DNA of 54,848 nucleotides, counting the filler, from Trypethelium eluteriae (lineage: Eukaryota), in assembly GCA_051942245.1 (NCBI GenBank). It is 2 parts of 2 records of this genome, joined end to end, with 100 filler letters (N's around TTAATTAATTAA, not from the genome) between each part and the next. Parts side by side here need not be neighbours in the genome. Positions count along the whole stretch, not along the records: positions 27,559 to 54,848 come from JAVECL010000337.1; 1 more part is not named here. The stretch is one strand, 5' to 3'. The notes beneath the pieces are model-generated. The model saw only the letters and a program-made list of their open reading frames with translations. It was not told where the DNA came from and ran no database searches. The position numbers and the translations under genes were made by a program. This document shows positions 49,573 to 54,848 of this stretch, piece after piece. Each line of letters begins with the position of its first letter. The stretch's first letter is position 1.

Positions 49573-51510
49573 ATCTCTATTTAATGGAGATCAGTAAGGC
49601 TTTCCACTTTTCGGACAAGGAGACTTGGTGAATTGAGGTTTCGAAGCTGAACGTTAGTTGTCGAGCTAACAACAGGCGCTAGGTACGATGAACGGAAGAC
49701 ATCGTTGGAAGCAATGTGCGAGCGATAATAGCAGCTGAGGATAGGAAGGGTCTCAGGAAGTTTTAGTACGATTCGCTATATGGGCAAACGTCCAATCTAG
49801 CGTGTCCGGATGCCATGGGAAGGCAGTTTGACAAGCGACCTATTCTGGCCAATCAAATGTAGTTTGTGAGATGAATTTAATGGATGTACCACTCCGAATA
49901 CTTCTGAAGGTCCTCCTCTTGCTCGGCAGATACACACTGGAGCCAATATTTTCCAAGGGAACCTGGCCAACCTGGCGTACTGACATTTGAGTTTCCTCGG
50001 TCAATACCGATCTGCCTTTACTCGTTTGAAATGCACCAATGGTGTATTGAGCATATGATATTCATGCTTTTCCGAAGGCCAGGCCGAATGATATCAGACC
50101 TCAAGGAACGCTGATTGACCACGAGACCGAGCTAAGTAATCCGATCCCTTGTTCCCGTGTGTGTACGCGTGCTAATGGGGCGGTGCTTGCGTCTCTGGAT
50201 CCAGGGAACCCGTATACTGACGAGTCGCCTCCGTAGCTGAGGCTAAACTGATGGTATTTCCCTCATTTCTTGAAGGCTCTCGAAGTCAATCTGCCCAAAA
50301 TCTCCATCGGACTGGCTCAAGGCGAGGAGTTAGCCTTTGGAGTAGCGCTCACCCAACACTCGGCCTGCTAGCCACATCTGTTGAGCGGTTGCCATCACCT
50401 CACAGATGCGGATTGGTCGAACGGGAAGGTCATCCTCACGACCATGCGAAATGTCAATAGCTGGATACTGCAGCAGTCAGGTCAGCCATTTTTAGGACCT
50501 ACTTCGATAGGACGGGCAAGAAAGGATGGAAAATTCAATCGGTGATCACGTGGTCATACACTTCCTAGAACGAGCGATACTCTACCTAAGGTGGGCACTT
50601 ACTCTCTCGTCTCTTCCATTCCTCTCCTTAGCATCACTTGCGACTTTCGGACTTCGTTAGCAGTCGCGTACAAGAATGAAGTGGCTTATCCAAACTCGAA
50701 CGCACGATAATTTCCATTCATCATTCAAAACACCACGGAAACTGGTTCTCGACTCCACACCAGATAGTCCTACAGGTAATGTCAAGATGGCTAGTGGACG
50801 TCGAACATCTCTGAAGGGCTCAACCCACACCATATACCTTGAGCCTTCTTGGGTCTAGTGTCTGAAGCTCCAAGATAAGGTTGACAGGCTAGTCTCGCGT
50901 GGAACTGCTGTATGGAATAAGCTTTACGAGAGTGAAGACATCTTCGCAAATTCCACTTAGGGAAGCTGCCGTAGCTTTACCTCTTTCTAAATTCATGACG
51001 GACGGCGAAGGATATTGTCATGTCCAAAAAGTCGGTTTGTTCGACTTGCCGCATCCGCTGCGATTGAATCTCGTTTCGGACCATCTGCTCGATAGATCTT
51101 CTCATGCGAATTTGAGCAGTTCAAGGAAGCTTGGCCCATTACCATCTTAATGCAAAAAAGAACGGCACGCTCAGCAGAGGAGCACGTGCGATCAGTCCGC
51201 GAGCTCGCGCTTCATGCTAGGACAAGAAGGGTTCTTCAGAGAATGTAAAGAAGGAGTGGAGAAGCGGAGAAGTGCAGTGGAGAGGTGTTCCTGGGTCTAG
51301 AGCGAGAAGCGTTGATCTCCCGCTGATGACCCCTGTACGACGTCACAGGCCCCTCCAATTGTATCATAAGGTGCCTAATTATAGCGTAGTTGTCGTAAGG
51401 CAGATATGTAATCTCCAACTCTCTCCTTCGCAACGCTCAATATATAGGTACTTACTTTGAAGATCCCATCTCATCTACTGCCCTTGGAACAACCTGAATC
51501 TTTGCCCAAT

Positions 51511-52432
51511 ATGACGTCGAAACTCATTCCCCCCAACCCTTCGGAAGTCATGGTGATTCGAAAAGTCACGCCAAACATCACTACCCTTTCAGCACCCTTC
51601 TCTCGGTTTGGTCGGGTTAAAATTGGTGGTAGAGGGACAATCGGTACGTGTTGTTCATTTCTGATATCCTGCATGTAGCCATTTTAATCATCCCGCAGTC
51701 CGGTTGTCATCCGGTGCACTCGCAGTTTTCTCTCCTGTCGCTCTGACACCAGAGGTAAAAGAGACGGTCAGGGGCATGGGGGAAGTCAAATATATCGCGG
51801 CTCCTGATCTAGAGGTAAGTGGAAGCTACAAAACTAAGCCGAAGGCATCTGAACTGACAATTCAACAGCATCATATCTTCCTAGGACCCTGGCATGATGA
51901 ATATCCATCTGCCAAGGTTATTGGACCTGAGGGTCTTGCGGAGAAACGGGCAAAACAAAAGAATGAAAATGTTCCGTTCAGCGTCATCTTCTCATCAAAG
52001 GACAAAGAGGCTAACAAGGTTGATCCTGAATTTGATGCTGACTTCGATCATGAATACGTCGATGCTCATCCAAACAAGGAGCTTGTCTTTAACTTCAGGC
52101 CTGATAAGACTCTGATTGAAGCTGATCTACTATTCAATCTACCAGCCACGGAGCAATACAGCAGGCACGGCGAGTCGCCCACCTCTGGCGTGCTCACCCA
52201 ATTCTTCAACTCCATTAATAATACTCGTGGCAATGCGATCTGGCAGAAACGCTTGATTTGGTATGCGTTCAGTGCCAGTAACCGGACATCATTCAATGCA
52301 AGTATTGCCAAAATAAATAAATGGGATTTCAACCGTATAATTCCCTGCCATGGAGACGTAATCGAAACAGACGGCAGAGGCATTTTTCAAAAGGTCATGG
52401 AATGGAACTTGCAGGCTGCCCAGAAGAAGTAG
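51511..52432 (+). CDS. DUF4336-like / metallo-beta-lactamase-fold protein, 3 exons
   Basis: SAPFSRFGRVKIGGRGTI-VRL..G.LAVFSPVALT, YIAAPDLE-HHIFL, NKELVF, TLIEADLLFNLP and WDFNRIIPCHGDVIE. Confidence 0.88.
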
Positions 52433-52758
52433 CGAGTGAAACCACTTTTTTTTTTTTTTTTGAGGATCTTCTATCGAACTTTGTTGTAAAATACAGTGGG
52501 AAAAGGGTCGGATCAGGCGCAGAAGGGTCGGAATTTGCTTTTAATCTTGGCGATTGTAACTGTTGAGGGATTTGCTAAAGTAACAAGATAATGTAAGAAT
52601 GACTTATCCAAGGCTTGGTGTACGTGGCATGCTCTCGATTACCTGAACATGTGAAACTCGTTTGATGAACTCTGGAGCGCGTTGCTGATTCACGCGCTTT
52701 CGCGACTCAAACTTCACACCTCAACCTCATCCCTCCGCGACATGCGCGGAAGCCACCC

Positions 52759-54848
52759 ATGGACTTTGTGAGTGTTGCTTTTGCCCTTTCTATGATTAGA
52801 CTTCTAATCCCAGCAACCTAGTGGTCCCGGTTGATTGGCGGTGGTGGATCCGAGAAACGGCAACCTGCTCCAAACAATCCCCAGCAGCGTCTGGCACGCT
52901 TCCGACGGATATATGATCAAACCTTGGTAATGCTTGCTTCTGAAATTTATCAAAATGACGGCAACTGACTATTTGATAGCAAACATGGCATAAGAAAGCG
53001 TCTCTGTCCTCCGATTCCCAAGCCCTCGATAATGTGCGAAGCAACTTCCAGCGACTGACCTCGTACTTGCATGATGAGTCGCGGTCGCCAGCACCTCATC
53101 TCTGCATATCATATGCAGCATCCTCACAAATTTATACTACGGTAGCTAGGATTGCCTCGGTCTCTCAAAATGAAGGCATTGTTCGCGAAGCAGTGGCCTT
53201 CTACGGCGCCCTCATTGATAGCGAAGAGGAGGATTTCCTGGCCAGTCCTGTATTCGCAGGTTCCTTGATGGCCTTTGTGGGCAGGCTGACGGGATCTGGA
53301 GCTATGCTTCTGGGAATCGATACTTCTGCAGAGATTGTGGAATTGCTCTTCGGAATCGCAGCCAAAATTAGGCTGGAGCCTGACATATTGCCAATATGGT
53401 TCACATCAGAGACACGGAATGGACGCGATCTCCAGTCACAAAAGACAAACTTTGCGGGTGTCACACAAAAGGATGATTTCCCGTTATGCTATCAGCTTAT
53501 CGATCATGTCCATCACGAGGGTAGGATTGGCGACTTTGCAAGGACGGGTTTGCTGTACATCTTCGAGTCTGCCGCACACTCCAATACTCTGGAACAATGG
53601 CTTGTCGAAAGCGATATGCCAACTCTCATGGCTACCGGGCTCGGTGCGCTTTACAGCCAGTTGAGCAGGAAATTGTCGATTCTGCATCCCGCCGACGAGC
53701 TTCCAGTCATACTATCCCTGTCCGACTACGCTGATTTGCAACCCTCTAAAGACGCCGAGAGTCTATTTTCGCCAGCTTTTAGTGTGGAAATGGATACATT
53801 TCTTTCTTACCTTACATTCTGGCAGGATGTGCTGCAGCATTGCAAATCCGATGATGTAAAGGCTACCTTGATCGACCATTTCCAGATTCTATTCCTGCAA
53901 CAACTCTTGTATGCGCATTTTTCAAGAGAACCTCTCGTTCACGTATGGAGACTGACAACTCGCAGATATCCGTCGTTACTCGAGTCATCCGATGTGGATG
54001 GCGGATCGTCCGTAGCGGTATTGACCTATTTGCGGCGTATTCTTGACTCCCTTGAACACCCAGACCTAGTGCATATGATTCTGCAGTATTTGCTCGCGTT
54101 ACCGGAACCAGCCCCGTCCAGGCCAGCGCCTCCACCACGATCTCCTACAACAGAGAAACGGAGAATGTCGTTGATGCTTCTGAAGGAACCCGAAAAGGAG
54201 GAAGACAAGCTGTCTCCTTCACTTTTCAATCTTGTCGATCTTATAATCAACAGCTTATCGTCGAAAAATACTCAGACGGTCATCACAGCCCTAAAACTTG
54301 TGTCCTTGATTCTTGACAAAGACCACATCTATGCTGTATCCACTCTTGTGCGGAGTATGCCGTGTAGAAACAAATCACCTCAGCGTACCGTGGGGGCACT
54401 TGATGCGGAAGTCGATGCATACCTTGCCTTGGCAGAAGGTGTAGGTGGCGATCAGGAATTGGAAGAAGCTTATGGAGATCATTTATCAGATATCCAGATG
54501 GTCCTGGAAACTCATCCATGCTCGGCTCGATTCCTGATACCGCCCATGATCAATAACCCTAACCTCAACCAACATCCGACCTCGGGCCTCTGTCTCAAAC
54601 CCGTCGATATACACTATCTTAGCAACGATGACCCGATGTTCACATCACTTCTACGAATCCTCGAAACATTCTTCACCAATAACGTGGAGACCAACCTAGG
54701 CTTGACAGATGCAATCATCAACCTCGCATCCTGTCCCTGCATCCGACTCGAAGGGTGGCTCGCCATTGACCCGCTGAAGTACCAATTCCCCGACTCAACC
54801 CATGATCTCCAATCTCCTCTCCTCACCAAATCCCCCACCATTGCGCCC
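52759..54848 (+). CDS. fhipA: FTS- and Hook-interacting protein (FHIP/FAM160, RAI16-like domain), 3' truncated by the window end
   Basis: 9-nt first exon MDF joined to WSRLI, then RLARF, VELLFGIAAKIRLEPDILPIWF, DFPLCYQLIDHVHHEGRIGDFARTGLLY, FLQQLLYPSLLESSD and FFTNNVETNLGLT. Confidence 0.9.

Noticed and set aside
52446..52461. T16 run as a retroposition scar
   Set aside because: It lies just after a stop codon with no target-site duplication or associated element; most likely an ordinary 3' UTR homopolymer.
1..54848. tRNA, rRNA or CRISPR arrays
   Set aside because: No cloverleaf, rRNA-like sequence or repeat-spacer periodicity was seen by eye, and the sequence is eukaryotic.

Overview
Intron-containing fungal (Pezizomycotina, probably Dothideomycete) draft-genome sequence. 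It consists of two contigs joined by an artificial 100-nt N/TTAATTAATTAA linker at 27459-27558. The left contig is accessory-like. It holds a LaeA-like SAM methyltransferase, a PTH11-like (fungal rhodopsin-domain) membrane protein, an MFS transporter, an O-methyltransferase and a large Ser/Thr-rich secreted protein. It also holds three co-oriented RBR (RING-IBR-RING) E3 ligase paralogs (two intact, one pseudogene) interleaved with an uncharacterised membrane-protein gene, a decayed paralog of that gene near the window start, and a mosaic segment at 11.7-12.5 kb built from diverged copies of two other local sequences. The right contig is mostly conserved genes: a low-complexity hypothetical protein, an F-box protein, a 4-TM protein, a DszA/NtaA-family monooxygenase, mitochondrial ketoacyl synthase CEM1, a NiCoT nickel transporter, an Ecl1-domain protein, an NPFxD/PPxY membrane protein, a DUF4336-like protein and a partial FHIP/RAI16-like gene. 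No rRNA, tRNA, CRISPR array or intact transposase was recognised. All family calls come from motif recognition by eye, not database searches.
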